Assembly: GCA_005880615.1 (NCBI GenBank)
Contig: VBID01000116.1
Coordinates: forward strand, 1,494-65,493
DNA length: 64,000 nucleotides
DNA from: Chloroflexota bacterium
GTDB taxonomy: Bacteria > Chloroflexota > Dormibacteria > CF-121
Reading direction: 5' to 3'
Shown: piece after piece, positions 1 through 9,587 of the stretch
How positions within the stretch are numbered: the stretch's first letter is position 1
How the letters are laid out: each line of letters starts with the position of its first letter
The notes under the pieces: model-generated
Told to the model about the DNA's origin: nothing
Databases searched by the model: none
The model's input: only the letters and a program-made list of their open reading frames with translations
Made by a program: the position numbers and the translations under genes

Positions 1-387
1 GTCATACACCGGCACCGGCTCCAACCCTTCGCGGACCACGAATGCCTCGCACTGCGCCAGCGCCTGGGGATGGGAGAGGACACGACGGAGCGCGGTGCGG
101 TCGCTGTCAGGCAGGCCGAGCAGGCAGTGGTCGACCTGTAACGCGACTTCGCCGACTACCAGCACCCGGTACTCCAGCATCAGGTCATAGGTCTCGAGCA
201 CGCTGCCGGCCTGCGAGTTCTCGACCGGCACCAGCGCCAGGTCGACCGTCCCGTCGGCCACACGATGGAAGACATGGCGCAGGGTGCGAAAGGCGACTGC
301 CTCGGTCTGCGGGAAGAAGGCGTGCAGCGCCTCCTCCGAGTAGGCGCCGGGCTCACCCTGATAGCCGACAGTGAGCGTGCGGGTCAT
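1..387 (-). CDS. pheA: prephenate dehydratase (5' part, runs off the window)
   Basis: Not in the ORF track. Manual translation from ATG 387 gives MTRTLTVGYQGEPGAYSEEA...LVPVENSQAGSV...VGEVALQVDHCLL, the PDT signature motifs. Confidence 0.9.
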   Translation of the reverse strand, partial: MTRTLTVGYQGEPGAYSEEALHAFFPQTEAVAFRTLRHVFHRVADGTVDLALVPVENSQAGSVLETYDLMLEYRVLVVGEVALQVDHCLLGLPDSDRTALRRVLSHPQALAQCEAFVVREGLEPVPVYD

Positions 388-416
388 GTCCGGACACTCT
401 ATAGAATGAGGGCGCT

Positions 417-1577
417 TTGCCCGCCTCCGTAGATTTTCTGGGCCTCGACGAGCTGCTCAGCAACGAGGAGCGGCTGGTGCGATCGACCGTGGCCCGCTTC
501 GTCGACCAACGCTTCCTGCCCCTCATCGTCGACCACTACGAGCGCGCCACCTTTCCCATGGAGCTGGTCCCCGAGCTGGCCAAGCTCGGGTTGCTCGGCA
601 TGCACCTTCACGGCTACGGTGCCGCGGGCATGAACAACGTCATGTACGGCCTCGCCTGCCAGGAGCTGGAGCGTGGCGACAGCGGCCTGCGCAGTTTCGT
701 CTCGGTCCAGGGATCGCTCTGCATGTTTCCCATCGACCGGTACGGATCCGACGAGCAGAAGCAGCGATGGCTGCCCGCCATGGCCAAGGGCGAGGTGATC
801 GGATGCTTCGGGTTGACGGAGCCAGACTTCGGCTCCAACCCGGCCGGCATGCAAACCCGCGCCCGCAAGGATGGCCGCGACTGGATCCTGAACGGCACCA
901 AGCGTTGGATCACGAATGGGAGCATTGCCGGATTGGCCATCATCTGGGCTCGGACCGAGGGCGGGATCCGCGGGTTCCTGGTGGAGAAGGGGACGCGCGG
1001 GTACCAGGCCCACGACATCCATCACAAGCTCTCGATGCGGGCCTCGGTGACCTCGGAGCTGATCCTGGAGGACTGCCGCGTCCCCGCCGACCACGAACTG
1101 CCGGGCGCCCAGGGCTTGAAGGGCCCCCTCGCTTGCCTGAACGAAGCGCGCTTTGGGATTGTCTGGGGGACGATCGGCGCCGCCATCGCCTGCTATCAGA
1201 GCGCGCTGGACTACAGCCGGACGCGGATCCAGTTCGACCGCCCCATCGGCGGATTCCAGCTCACCCAGGAGAAGCTCGTCGGCATGCTCACCGAGATCAC
1301 CAAAGCGCAGCTGCTCGCCCTGCAGCTCGGCCGGCTCAAGGACGCGGGGCGGATCACTCCCACCCAGATCTCGATGGGGAAGCTCAACAACGCGCGGGAA
1401 GCGCTGCGCATCGCCCGCGAGGCGCGCAGCATCCTGGGCGCGAACGGCATCAGCCTCGAATATCCGGTCATGCGGCACATGGCCAACCTGGAAACGGTCG
1501 CGACCTACGAAGGCACCAGCGAGATCCACACCCTCGCCATCGGCGAAGAGATCACAGGAATCAGCGCGTTCAAGTAG
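417..1577 (+). CDS. acyl-CoA dehydrogenase, glutaryl-CoA dehydrogenase-like
   Basis: GCFGLTEPDFGSNP, KRWITNG, ERGDSGLRSFVSVQ and TYEGTSEIH motifs. Confidence 0.9.
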   Translation: MPASVDFLGLDELLSNEERLVRSTVARFVDQRFLPLIVDHYERATFPMELVPELAKLGLLGMHLHGYGAAGMNNVMYGLACQELERGDSGLRSFVSVQGSLCMFPIDRYGSDEQKQRWLPAMAKGEVIGCFGLTEPDFGSNPAGMQTRARKDGRDWILNGTKRWITNGSIAGLAIIWARTEGGIRGFLVEKGTRGYQAHDIHHKLSMRASVTSELILEDCRVPADHELPGAQGLKGPLACLNEARFGIVWGTIGAAIACYQSALDYSRTRIQFDRPIGGFQLTQEKLVGMLTEITKAQLLALQLGRLKDAGRITPTQISMGKLNNAREALRIAREARSILGANGISLEYPVMRHMANLETVATYEGTSEIHTLAIGEEITGISAFK

Positions 1578-1580
1578 CAC

Positions 1581-1622
1581 CGAGACCCCCTCCCCTGCCC
1601 CTCCCCGCAAGGGGGAGGGAGA
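1581..1622. repeat. REP-like CCCCTCCCC...GGGGAGGGAGA palindrome
   Basis: 42 bp identical to 7089-7130. Related copies at ~1659-1696, 5498-5533, 24574-24602, 34286-34320, 37317-37347 and 54160-54200. Confidence 0.8.
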
Positions 1623-1704
1623 CCTGAACCGCAAGGGTATGCGAGTCGCGACGAGACTCCTTCCCCGACCCTCCTTCGGTTCAAGGGACGGGGAGAACAA
1701 GAAT

Positions 1705-2469
1705 TTAGGTAGGGCGGATGGTGCGGGGCTTGTTGGTGTAGACGGCGTTGGCCGGCAGCGCCTGGGTCCAGGCCAGGGCGATCGGATCGTCGACCGTCCA
1801 GACCCCGATCAGCTTGCCGGCCGCGTGGAGCTCGCGCGCGGTCTCGGGCTCGATCGCCGACCAATGCGGACAGAAGACCTCGGCGCCGGCGTCCGCCAAC
1901 AGTCCCAGGATGTCGACCGGGCGGGAGGCTTCCAGGGCGCCGGTAAGGATCGCCGGCGAGAGCTCCCGGAGGCGGCGCAGGCAGCGGTGGTCGAAGGCGA
2001 TCACGATCACATCGCTGAGCATGCCTGCGGCCTGGGTCGCCTCCAGCACGGCCTGTTCGATGCCGGGGTAGGCGAGCGGCAGGTTCTTGATCTCGATGGC
2101 CACGCCCACCCGCCCGCGAGCGAGATCCAGCACTTCGGTGAGGGTGGGCACGCGCTCGCCACGGAACTGCGGCGCCTTCCAGGATCCGGCATCGAGCTGC
2201 TTGATCTCGGCCATGGTCAGGTCGCGCACCAATCCGTGGCCGTTGGTGGTGCGATCCAGCAGGTGGTCATGGATGACCGCCAGCTGATGATCCGCGGTCA
2301 GGTGCACGTCACACTCGATCACGTCCACCCCGAGGTCGATGGCCGACCGGAACGAGGCCATGGTGTTTTCGGGGAACTCATCCGCGTTGCCGCGGTGACC
2401 GCCCAGCAACATCCGGCCGCTGTCCAGCTTGGCGTGGAGCCCCTGACGGGCTGACGTCACCACGTCCAC
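1705..2469 (-). CDS. glycerophosphodiester phosphodiesterase (GDPD family)
   Basis: GHRG...PENT, IECDVHLTAD, VIHDHLLDRTT, IEIK and VWTVDD motifs. Start uncertain (GTG 2469 or ATG 2412). Confidence 0.88.
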   Translation of the reverse strand: MDVVTSARQGLHAKLDSGRMLLGGHRGNADEFPENTMASFRSAIDLGVDVIECDVHLTADHQLAVIHDHLLDRTTNGHGLVRDLTMAEIKQLDAGSWKAPQFRGERVPTLTEVLDLARGRVGVAIEIKNLPLAYPGIEQAVLEATQAAGMLSDVIVIAFDHRCLRRLRELSPAILTGALEASRPVDILGLLADAGAEVFCPHWSAIEPETARELHAAGKLIGVWTVDDPIALAWTQALPANAVYTNKPRTIRPT

Positions 2470-2700
2470 GCCGTTTCTTGCGGGTTGGCTAACAACGCCG
2501 CTATCGTACCCGGCCGGAAAAGATCGGTCCCCGCCGGGCGTTGTATCGGTGAGGCGAATTCGGTGCATTCATACCCCGGTTTCGGGAGCCGCCGGTCAGG
2601 GAAAAACTCCCGGCGGGGGAGCCTTGATGCGGTTGCCGGCCGGGCGCACGCTGGGCGGCACACCAAGGACGGCGCCACCGGCGCGCACCTTTGGCTCCGG

Positions 2701-3870
2701 ATGCAAATGCCCACTTTGTTGACGACCCTGCGCCGCTCGGGACGTCTCCCATCGATTGTGGTGGGCCTCTTGGTGCTGGCGGGCCTGGTCGGGCCGCTCC
2801 ATCTGCTGATGCCCGCTCGGGCCAAGGCGCACGCGGTCCTGCCACCGGTGGCCGTGGGCACCAGCTTCAGCCCGCTGCGCGCCGCCAACCTCGGACTCGA
2901 CTACCAGTCGGCTTTCAAACAGCTGGAGACAATGCACTTCCGCGTCATCCGGCTCTCCGCCTACTGGAACGAGGTCGACGCGTTCGGCTACGGTGACCTG
3001 GACTGGCTCACCGCCGAGGCGGAGCGGTCGGGGCAGCCGATCGTCCTCTCGGTGGGGATGAAAGGGGTGGGGTGGCCGGAGTTCTACATCCCGCCGGCGG
3101 CGTTCACGGGTCCGACCCCCGCGGCCGGCCACGACGTGACTCAGGACCCGGGGCTGCGCGACGCAGCGATGCTTTTCGTGGAGAACACGGTCGCCCGCTA
3201 TCGGCACAATCGCGCGCTCTACGCCTGGCAGATCGAAAACGAACCATTCAACCGGGCCGGCCCCTCTCACTGGTGGATCAGCCCGTCCTTTGTCAGCGAT
3301 GAGATCGAGGCCACCCGCTCGCTGGACGACCGCCACCGGCCGGTGATCGTCAATGCCTTCGGGCATTTCAACCTGTTCTTTGACCAGGCATCCAACCGGG
3401 ATGGCCTTGACCTGCGCAGCCTGCTCGGCTTCGAGGGCGACAGCGCCGAGAAGGAAAGCCTATCGGTGCTGAACCAGGGAGACATTCTCGGGCTGGACGT
3501 GTACACCGGGATCGGGTACCAGCTGATGGGCGGCAACCACTTGAGCCGGGCCGGCTCGGACTGGCCGGAGCAGATCGCTCACTGGCGCACGGTGGCCCGG
3601 GCCCAGGGCAAACAGGTGTGGATCACGGAGGCGCAGGCCGAACCGTGGGAGGCGTCGATGACCACCTATGCCAATCCCAAGAGTGTCAGCCCGGCGGCAA
3701 TCCGGACCATGTTCGGCGCGCTCAAAGACGGCGGGTACAACACCATCCTCCTCTGGGGCAGCGAGTACTGGCTCTGGCGGTCGGCGTCCGGCGATACCCA
3801 GTGGATCGACACGGTGCAGAGCATCCTGCACAGCGAGGCCCGCGCGCCATCGCTGACGCTGGTGACCTAA
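2701..3870 (+). CDS. secreted or membrane-anchored clan GH-A-like glycoside hydrolase
   Basis: N-terminal hydrophobic segment, WQIENEP (acid/base) and WITEAQ (nucleophile) patterns of TIM-barrel glycoside hydrolases. Start approximate. Confidence 0.65.
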   Translation: MQMPTLLTTLRRSGRLPSIVVGLLVLAGLVGPLHLLMPARAKAHAVLPPVAVGTSFSPLRAANLGLDYQSAFKQLETMHFRVIRLSAYWNEVDAFGYGDLDWLTAEAERSGQPIVLSVGMKGVGWPEFYIPPAAFTGPTPAAGHDVTQDPGLRDAAMLFVENTVARYRHNRALYAWQIENEPFNRAGPSHWWISPSFVSDEIEATRSLDDRHRPVIVNAFGHFNLFFDQASNRDGLDLRSLLGFEGDSAEKESLSVLNQGDILGLDVYTGIGYQLMGGNHLSRAGSDWPEQIAHWRTVARAQGKQVWITEAQAEPWEASMTTYANPKSVSPAAIRTMFGALKDGGYNTILLWGSEYWLWRSASGDTQWIDTVQSILHSEARAPSLTLVT

Positions 3871-3874
3871 CTAA

Positions 3875-4493
3875 AGCCCAAATCCACCGGCTCGGGCTAG
3901 CATCTTGGGCGCGGATGCGGCCTGAGCCCGAGACCGCCGGAACAAACTCGCATCTTGGGCGCGGATGCGGCCGATCCGGGCGTCGTCTCCTGCGCGCGCT
4001 CGGTCACGCATCGACGGATGCGCTCCCTCGCGTGCTCGTCGCCTCCTGCGGCTCGGCACGCCCCACATCCCAATCTGCTTCGTTCGTCCGACGGCCCCGG
4101 GCTCCCGGAGCGTCGTCTCCTGCGCGCGCTCGGTCACGCCGCGACGGATGCGCTCCCTCGCGTGCTCGTCGCCTCCTGCGGCTCGGCACGCCCCACATCC
4201 CAATCTGCTTCGTTCGTCCGACGGCCCCGGGCTCCCGGAGCGTCGTCTCCTGCGCGCGCTCGGTCACGCCGCGACGGATGCGCTCCCTTGCGTGCTCGTC
4301 GCCTCCTGCGGCTCGGCACGCCCCACATCCCAATCTGCTTCGTTCGTCCGACGGCCCCGGGCTCCCGGAGCGTCGTCTCCTGCGCGCGCTCGGTCACGCA
4401 TCGACGGATGCGCTCCCTTGCGTGCTCGTCGCCTCCTGCGGCTCGGCACGCCCCGCATCCCGATCTGCTGCGCCCGACCGGTAGATCCGGGCT
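3875..4493. repeat. hairpin (MITE/REPIN-like) element with an internal 130-bp unit repeated about 4 times
   Basis: Ends AGCCCAAATCCACCGG / CCGGTAGATCCGGGCT are inverted repeats. CGTCGTCTCC recurs at 3981, 4111, 4241 and 4371 (period 130). Confidence 0.9.
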
Positions 4494-4494
4494 T

Positions 4495-5772
4495 CTAGAA
4501 CACCGCCCAGTTCACCGTGGACAGCTGGTCGTCGGAAAAGGTCTGGCCCGGTTCCTGGAGGTAGAGGTAGCCGATCAGCCGGGTCACTCGCGGCTCCTGA
4601 AAGTAGAACTCGCGGTGCTGCTGATAGGCGCTGCTGTGGATCTGACTCGCTGTTTGCGTGCCCGCATTTTCCTCGGCGGCCAGGATCAGGTCATAGTTCT
4701 CCAGGAATCGCTTGAGACGGGAGTCGCGATAGGCGATGAGCCGCGCCGGCACATTGGTGGCCAGGTCCTGGGCGATCCGCGGAAAATCACTCCGCATGGT
4801 CTGCAGCGCACTGGGCGGTGCGCCGCGCACCTGCTCCCGGTCCAGGTCGTCGTTCAAGACCTTGAGATCAGCGGCCACCCGATCGAGGTAGGCGGACTCG
4901 GTCGGCTGCAACGTCGCCGGGGCCACATAGGGCAGTACGAGGTCGTGCAGGAAATCGAGCACCTCGTACTGCTGTTCCCCGTTGGCGGATGCGTTCGGCA
5001 GGAAGAGCGCATCGACAGGCGGGGATTGCTGGGCGCTGTACCGATAGAAGGCGACCCGGTGCGCGTTGATCAGGCGTGCCTGGGCCTGGCGCTCGGCGAG
5101 ACATTGGGACCCGAACACCGAGAGCTCCGGCCGCTGAAGAACGAATAAGCGGCCGTTCGAGTAGGCGGCCAGGGCCTCATCCCGGCTGTCCAACACGAAC
5201 GCTTCGTTCAGGAACACATCCTGCTTGGTGGCGGCCAGCGCCCGGCCCAGCGCCTCGGCGCTGGCCTGGTCAAGGGGTCGCCGACCGAAGGCATTCATTT
5301 CGAAGACATCCGGCGACGAGCGCTTCCAGCAGTGGAGTGGCGTGAACCCGGCGGTGGCCGGTGGGCAGGCGACGGCGCGTTCTCCCGACGGCTGGGCGCT
5401 GAGCGCCCCGAACGCCAGGTAGAGGGCCGCGGCCGCCACGGCTAGCCCCGCAAACGCCAGGCTCCAGAGCCGCACTACGCGTCGCCGAGGGGAAGCACCC
5501 CCACCCTGACCCTCCCCCTGAGGGGGAGGGAGATCTTGCCTGCCTCGGCGGGCGAGCGCCGTTAGGACGAGCAGGATGACCGCGGTTGGGAGGAAGAAGA
5601 GTAGGTAAGAGAAGCGCTCGAGCAGCGACGCCGCTCCGGCGGTGCAGGGCAGGCCGGGAAACTCGGCGTTGGCCTTAAAGGGCGCGATCAGCCAGGCGAC
5701 GGCGAGCAGGGCGAGCGGCCACAGCACCCACAGCCACCGGCCCAGGGAATTCCTGGTGGCTGTCCTAGTCAC
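4495..5772 (-). CDS. hypothetical membrane protein with a large soluble C-terminal domain
   Basis: Three hydrophobic segments followed by a helical domain. Overlaps the end of the patatin gene. Carries a REP-like insert in frame. Confidence 0.7.
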   Translation of the reverse strand: MTRTATRNSLGRWLWVLWPLALLAVAWLIAPFKANAEFPGLPCTAGAASLLERFSYLLFFLPTAVILLVLTALARRGRQDLPPPQGEGQGGGASPRRRVVRLWSLAFAGLAVAAAALYLAFGALSAQPSGERAVACPPATAGFTPLHCWKRSSPDVFEMNAFGRRPLDQASAEALGRALAATKQDVFLNEAFVLDSRDEALAAYSNGRLFVLQRPELSVFGSQCLAERQAQARLINAHRVAFYRYSAQQSPPVDALFLPNASANGEQQYEVLDFLHDLVLPYVAPATLQPTESAYLDRVAADLKVLNDDLDREQVRGAPPSALQTMRSDFPRIAQDLATNVPARLIAYRDSRLKRFLENYDLILAAEENAGTQTASQIHSSAYQQHREFYFQEPRVTRLIGYLYLQEPGQTFSDDQLSTVNWAVF

Positions 5773-6700
5773 CCGCTGCCAGGGTCAGTCCGGTCCTGTT
5801 CCAGGCGGGCAGCAAGCAATGGATCCCCGGCTCCACTTGGCCATCCAGTCCCAGGCCGCCACCCCGCAGAAACGCGTGGGCGCGCCGGTACGACTCGTCG
5901 ATCAACCGCTCGACCTGGCTGAAATTGGTGCCCTCAGTGCCGAACTCGATGTTGGGCATGAGCAACGTGATCTGGGCCTGCTGGGCGTAGCGCTGATACT
6001 CCTCCATCATTCGCTGGCCGAGCAAGATTTGGAGGCTCTGGGCCAGCACACCAGTCAGGTTACGGGATGACAGCGGCCGGCGTGGGTTGGTGGTGCTGTT
6101 GTCGATCACGATGATCGACGTGGCGCCCATGGCCACCGCTTCCCCCAGGCCGGCGTTATCCGCCGCTGCTCCATCCACAAACTCGTCGCCGTCGATGCGG
6201 AAGGGATTGAAGACCCCGGGGATGGCGGAGGAGGCCGCCACCGCATCCGGCAGGCTGCCGGTGGTGAAGACCTCCTTACGGGCCCGGGTCAGGTTGGTTG
6301 CGATGATGGCGCAGGGGATGGCCAGGTCCGCGAAGGTGGGTGGCAGGTGGCGGGCCGCCAGGGCCCGCAGGTAGCGGCTGTCGAAGAAGCTGTTGTGGCT
6401 TTGGGCGTAGCGAAGGGCCATGCGCAACGGATTTCGGTTGAAGAGGTCGCGGTTGCGGATGGATCGCCACACGAGGGCCAGCCGTTCGATGGTCTCCAGC
6501 TCGGGCTTCCAGGCCAGGGCGGCGGCGTTGAAGGCGCCCGAGCTGCACCCCACCACCCCGTCGGGCCGGATCCCCGCCTCCAGCAGGGCCCGGAGCACGC
6601 CGACCGTGCAGGCTCCCCGGCTGCCTCCGCCCCCGAGTACGAAGATCCGTTTGGGCGGACGCGTCGGCGCCGGCAGCCGGCGCCGGATCCAATTCAGCAT
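5765..6700 (-). CDS. patatin-like phospholipase
   Basis: LGGGGSRG, GCSSG nucleophile elbow, ASSAIPGVF and VDG motifs. Confidence 0.9.
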   Translation of the reverse strand: MLNWIRRRLPAPTRPPKRIFVLGGGGSRGACTVGVLRALLEAGIRPDGVVGCSSGAFNAAALAWKPELETIERLALVWRSIRNRDLFNRNPLRMALRYAQSHNSFFDSRYLRALAARHLPPTFADLAIPCAIIATNLTRARKEVFTTGSLPDAVAASSAIPGVFNPFRIDGDEFVDGAAADNAGLGEAVAMGATSIIVIDNSTTNPRRPLSSRNLTGVLAQSLQILLGQRMMEEYQRYAQQAQITLLMPNIEFGTEGTNFSQVERLIDESYRRAHAFLRGGGLGLDGQVEPGIHCLLPAWNRTGLTLAAGD

Positions 6701-6863
6701 TCACTCAGGCAACGGGATTAAAGCGCGAACCGTTGCGTCCGCTAAATATGGTGCCGGAAAACCGTTGCCACCGGCGTTGCACCCCCAGGACTCATTCCCC
6801 CCGTATTTCGGGGCCCGGCTCTTCCAGCGATTATGTTAGCCTTGGAGTATCACCTTTTAACCT

Positions 6864-7076
6864 ATGCGCTGCCCCTATCTCGAGCAAATCCTCCGCAAGC
6901 GGGAGACCTTCCTCAAGGTCTTTCAGGCTGACTGCCACGTGGACGGGCGCGTCCACAAGTTCCGCGGGGTGGTCAGCTGGCCCAAGCCACCGTGCCTGCT
7001 CAAGCCTGTCACCTGCGCCTTGTTCCAGGAGGCGCGCGCTTCCGAGGATCTCCGCCTGCGTCGGCTGATCGACTAG
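6864..7076 (+). CDS. small Cys-containing hypothetical protein (70 aa)
   Basis: ATG start after an AT-rich upstream region, GC3-rich codons, 4 Cys and 2 His, REP-like hairpin downstream. Confidence 0.6.
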   Translation: MRCPYLEQILRKRETFLKVFQADCHVDGRVHKFRGVVSWPKPPCLLKPVTCALFQEARASEDLRLRRLID

Positions 7077-7088
7077 AGGCCCTCGCCC

Positions 7089-7130
7089 CGAGACCCCCTC
7101 CCCTGCCCCTCCCCGCAAGGGGGAGGGAGA
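7089..7130. repeat. REP-like palindrome
   Basis: Identical to 1581-1622. Confidence 0.8.
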
Positions 7131-7162
7131 AATCCCGCGAGGGCCTTGCCTAATATCAAAGC

Positions 7163-8275
7163 GTGGGTTCCGACGTCGTGGTCGTCGGGGGTGGAGTCAT
7201 CGGGGCGTGCATCGCCTACGAGCTGGCCAAAGCGGGCGCCCGGGCGGTGGTGATGGACCGAGAAGCCAGCGGCCAGGCCAGCCGGGCTTCGGCCGGCATG
7301 CTGGCGCCGCTGTCCGAAGCTGATGGTCCGGGGGCATTCCTGGACCTGGGCATGGAGGGCCTGCGGCTGCATCGCCCGCTGGCCGAAGAGCTCCAGGAAC
7401 GAACTGGCATCGACGTGGGCTACCGGCCCACCGGGCTGCTGCGCGTGGCGCTCAATGAGACCGACGAGGTTGCCGTCCGGCGCCGGCGCAGCTGGCATAT
7501 GGCGGCCGGCTTCTCGGTCGGCTGGCTGGATCCGGCCCGCGTCCACGACGCTGAGCCTGCCCTGAGTCGCGACATTCGTGGGGCTGCCTATTACAGCCAG
7601 GAACATCAGGTCAGCCCTCCCCTCCTGGCGCAGGCCGCGCTGCGCGCGGCTGCCGACCTGGGGGCGGTGGTCCGGATGGGCCTCAACGTGGAGGGTTTCC
7701 TCATCTCGGGGAGCCGGGTGCATGGCGTGCGAGCTGGCGGCGAGCAGCTTGAATGCGATGAGGTCGTGATCGCGGCCGGAGCCTGGTCGGGGGCGTTCGC
7801 CGAGCTGCCGCCCGCGCTGCCGGTGCGGCCCGTGCGGGGCCAGCTGGTCGCGCTCCAGACGGTGAGCACGCCCCTCCGCCACCTGATCTACAGCTCGGGC
7901 GGCTACCTCAGCCCCAAGCCGGACGGCTTGATCCTGGTGGGGGCCACCCAGGAGGAAGTTGGCTTCGACCCGCGACCGACTGCCGCCGGGGTGGCCGGCT
8001 TGCTGCATTCGGTGGCGCGGCTCACTCCGACGCTCGCTTCCGCCGCCTTTGCCCACGCCCTGGCTGGGCTGCGGCCGGGCTCGCCCGACGGCCTGCCACT
8101 CATTGGCCGGCTACCGGGCTGGTCGGGGATCGCGGCGGCGACCGGCCATTTCCGCAACGGCGTGCTGCTGGCGCCGATCACCGCTCACCTGATCACCGAC
8201 CTGTTGCTCCGCGGCCGGCCGCGGTTGCCGCTGGAGGCGTTCGATCCGGCGCGCTTCGCCGTCCGCGCCGCGTGA
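7163..8275 (+). CDS. thiO: glycine oxidase ThiO / DAO-family FAD oxidoreductase
   Basis: VVGGGVIG, ASRASAGML, PVRGQ, GLRP and ATGHFRNGVLLAP motifs. Confidence 0.85.
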   Translation: MGSDVVVVGGGVIGACIAYELAKAGARAVVMDREASGQASRASAGMLAPLSEADGPGAFLDLGMEGLRLHRPLAEELQERTGIDVGYRPTGLLRVALNETDEVAVRRRRSWHMAAGFSVGWLDPARVHDAEPALSRDIRGAAYYSQEHQVSPPLLAQAALRAAADLGAVVRMGLNVEGFLISGSRVHGVRAGGEQLECDEVVIAAGAWSGAFAELPPALPVRPVRGQLVALQTVSTPLRHLIYSSGGYLSPKPDGLILVGATQEEVGFDPRPTAAGVAGLLHSVARLTPTLASAAFAHALAGLRPGSPDGLPLIGRLPGWSGIAAATGHFRNGVLLAPITAHLITDLLLRGRPRLPLEAFDPARFAVRAA

Positions 8276-8625
8276 GCCACGCCGACGACCTGACGCCGCG
8301 TTGGTTCGACCGGCGGGCAGACGGCTTCCGCCACGCGGTCGCCGGCGGCCTCTGGCTGGCGCCCCTGATCTACCTGACCAATGCGCGCTTCGGCCCGGGG
8401 TGGTATGGCAAGGTGGTCAGCGCGGATCCAAACCGCCTGCTCCGCTGGGCGGCTAGCACCGGGATCCCCGCCAGGGGGCTGGAGGCGAAGTCCATCCCGG
8501 ACGTGGACTCGGGACCCCGGACCGCCCGCCGCCGGGTGCCCGCATACCACATCGATCTGTGGGGCCCGCGCCTGGCGCTGGCCTACGACGCGAAGTACCT
8601 GGCGCGGGTCGAGGGCCGGGGTTAG
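8272..8625 (+). CDS. hypothetical protein, possibly DUF4031-like
   Basis: GTGA overlap with thiO. The LLRWAASTGIP...YHIDL pattern recalls DUF4031 (weak). Confidence 0.6.
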   Translation: MSHADDLTPRWFDRRADGFRHAVAGGLWLAPLIYLTNARFGPGWYGKVVSADPNRLLRWAASTGIPARGLEAKSIPDVDSGPRTARRRVPAYHIDLWGPRLALAYDAKYLARVEGRG

Positions 8626-9587
8626 TAGCGCGGAATCGCCTTCAGGCCAGATCCGGTAATGATGATGACCGTCCCCGGGGGCAAGTCCAACCGCTCCCCG
8701 GCGGCCAGCGCCGCCGCGGACGTGGGTTCCATCAGCAAGCCCCTGGCCGCCGCCCCCCGCCAGGCCGACTCGATCTCCCGCTCGGCGACCGTCACCCAGC
8801 GGCCGCCGCTGTGGCGCACCGCGTTGTAGCTACGCTCCGACCGGGTTGGCTCCGGGATGCTGATCCCGTCGGCGATGGTCGGCTGCCGGGTGACGGGCGC
8901 CGGGCGGAAATTGGGGAGGCCGCGCACCAGCGGCGCGCAGGCTTCGCTCTGCACCCCGTAGAGGCGCGGCGGCTTGGGCAGCGCACCCGCCGCCACCAGG
9001 TCGGCGAACCCCATGGCCAGGCCGATCAGCACCGTCCCCTGGCCAACCGGCGTCACCACGTCCCGCAGTTCCGCTCCGAGCTCCTCGAAAAGCTCGAAGG
9101 CGATGGTCTTGGTGCCCTCCAGGAAGGCATCGTCCCGGGCATGACCGACGTCATACACATCCGCGGCCGCCGCCACCGTGGCGGCCGTCACCGCCGACCG
9201 TGGGCCAGGGACGCGGATCAGCTCGGCGCCCAGCACTTCGATGGTGCGCGCCTTGACCTCGACGATATCGGCCGGCGCGAAGATCCGCGCCCTAAGCCCG
9301 GCCGCCGCGGCGTAGGCGGCGATGGCGCTGCCGGCATTCCCGGAGGAATCTTCCACGACCGTGTGAGCTCCGGCAGCCCGGGCCGCCGTGATGGCCGTCG
9401 CGGCGCCCCGGTCCTTGAAGGACCCGGTTGGCCCGGCGCCTTCCAGCTTGAGGAGGTATCGGTCCCAGGGGATCAGCGGCGTGCCCCCTTCGCCCAGGGT
9501 GACCGGGTCACCCGGGACGGCCAGGTCAGCCCGGTAGCGCCAGACTCCGCGGCCCCGCCACTCGGACCGATGGAGGCCACCGTTCAT
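8622..9587 (-). CDS. threonine synthase-like fold-type II PLP enzyme
   Basis: TLGEGGTPL, KLEGAGPTGSFKDRG, SSGNAG, EPTSA and ITGSGLK motifs. ATG 9587 overlaps the stop of the upstream permease. Confidence 0.85.
   Translation of the reverse strand: MNGGLHRSEWRGRGVWRYRADLAVPGDPVTLGEGGTPLIPWDRYLLKLEGAGPTGSFKDRGAATAITAARAAGAHTVVEDSSGNAGSAIAAYAAAAGLRARIFAPADIVEVKARTIEVLGAELIRVPGPRSAVTAATVAAAADVYDVGHARDDAFLEGTKTIAFELFEELGAELRDVVTPVGQGTVLIGLAMGFADLVAAGALPKPPRLYGVQSEACAPLVRGLPNFRPAPVTRQPTIADGISIPEPTRSERSYNAVRHSGGRWVTVAEREIESAWRGAAARGLLMEPTSAAALAAGERLDLPPGTVIIITGSGLKAIPRY

Noticed and set aside
3981-4493. Possible CRISPR array
   Set aside because: The 130-bp units are near-identical throughout, with no unique spacers and no cas genes in the window.
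3618-5148. ORFs running through the tandem repeat (3618-4484, 3955-5148, 3965-4498 and similar), also 19163-20089 and 22556-22999
   Set aside because: They are stop-free translations of the GC-rich hairpin element or shadows of real genes on the opposite strand.
6836-6852. Further TGATA/TATCA half-sites (6848, 29917, 43819, 52151, 55297) as members of the operator family
   Set aside because: Only one half matches and the N7-spaced partner is missing, so they are too weak to count.
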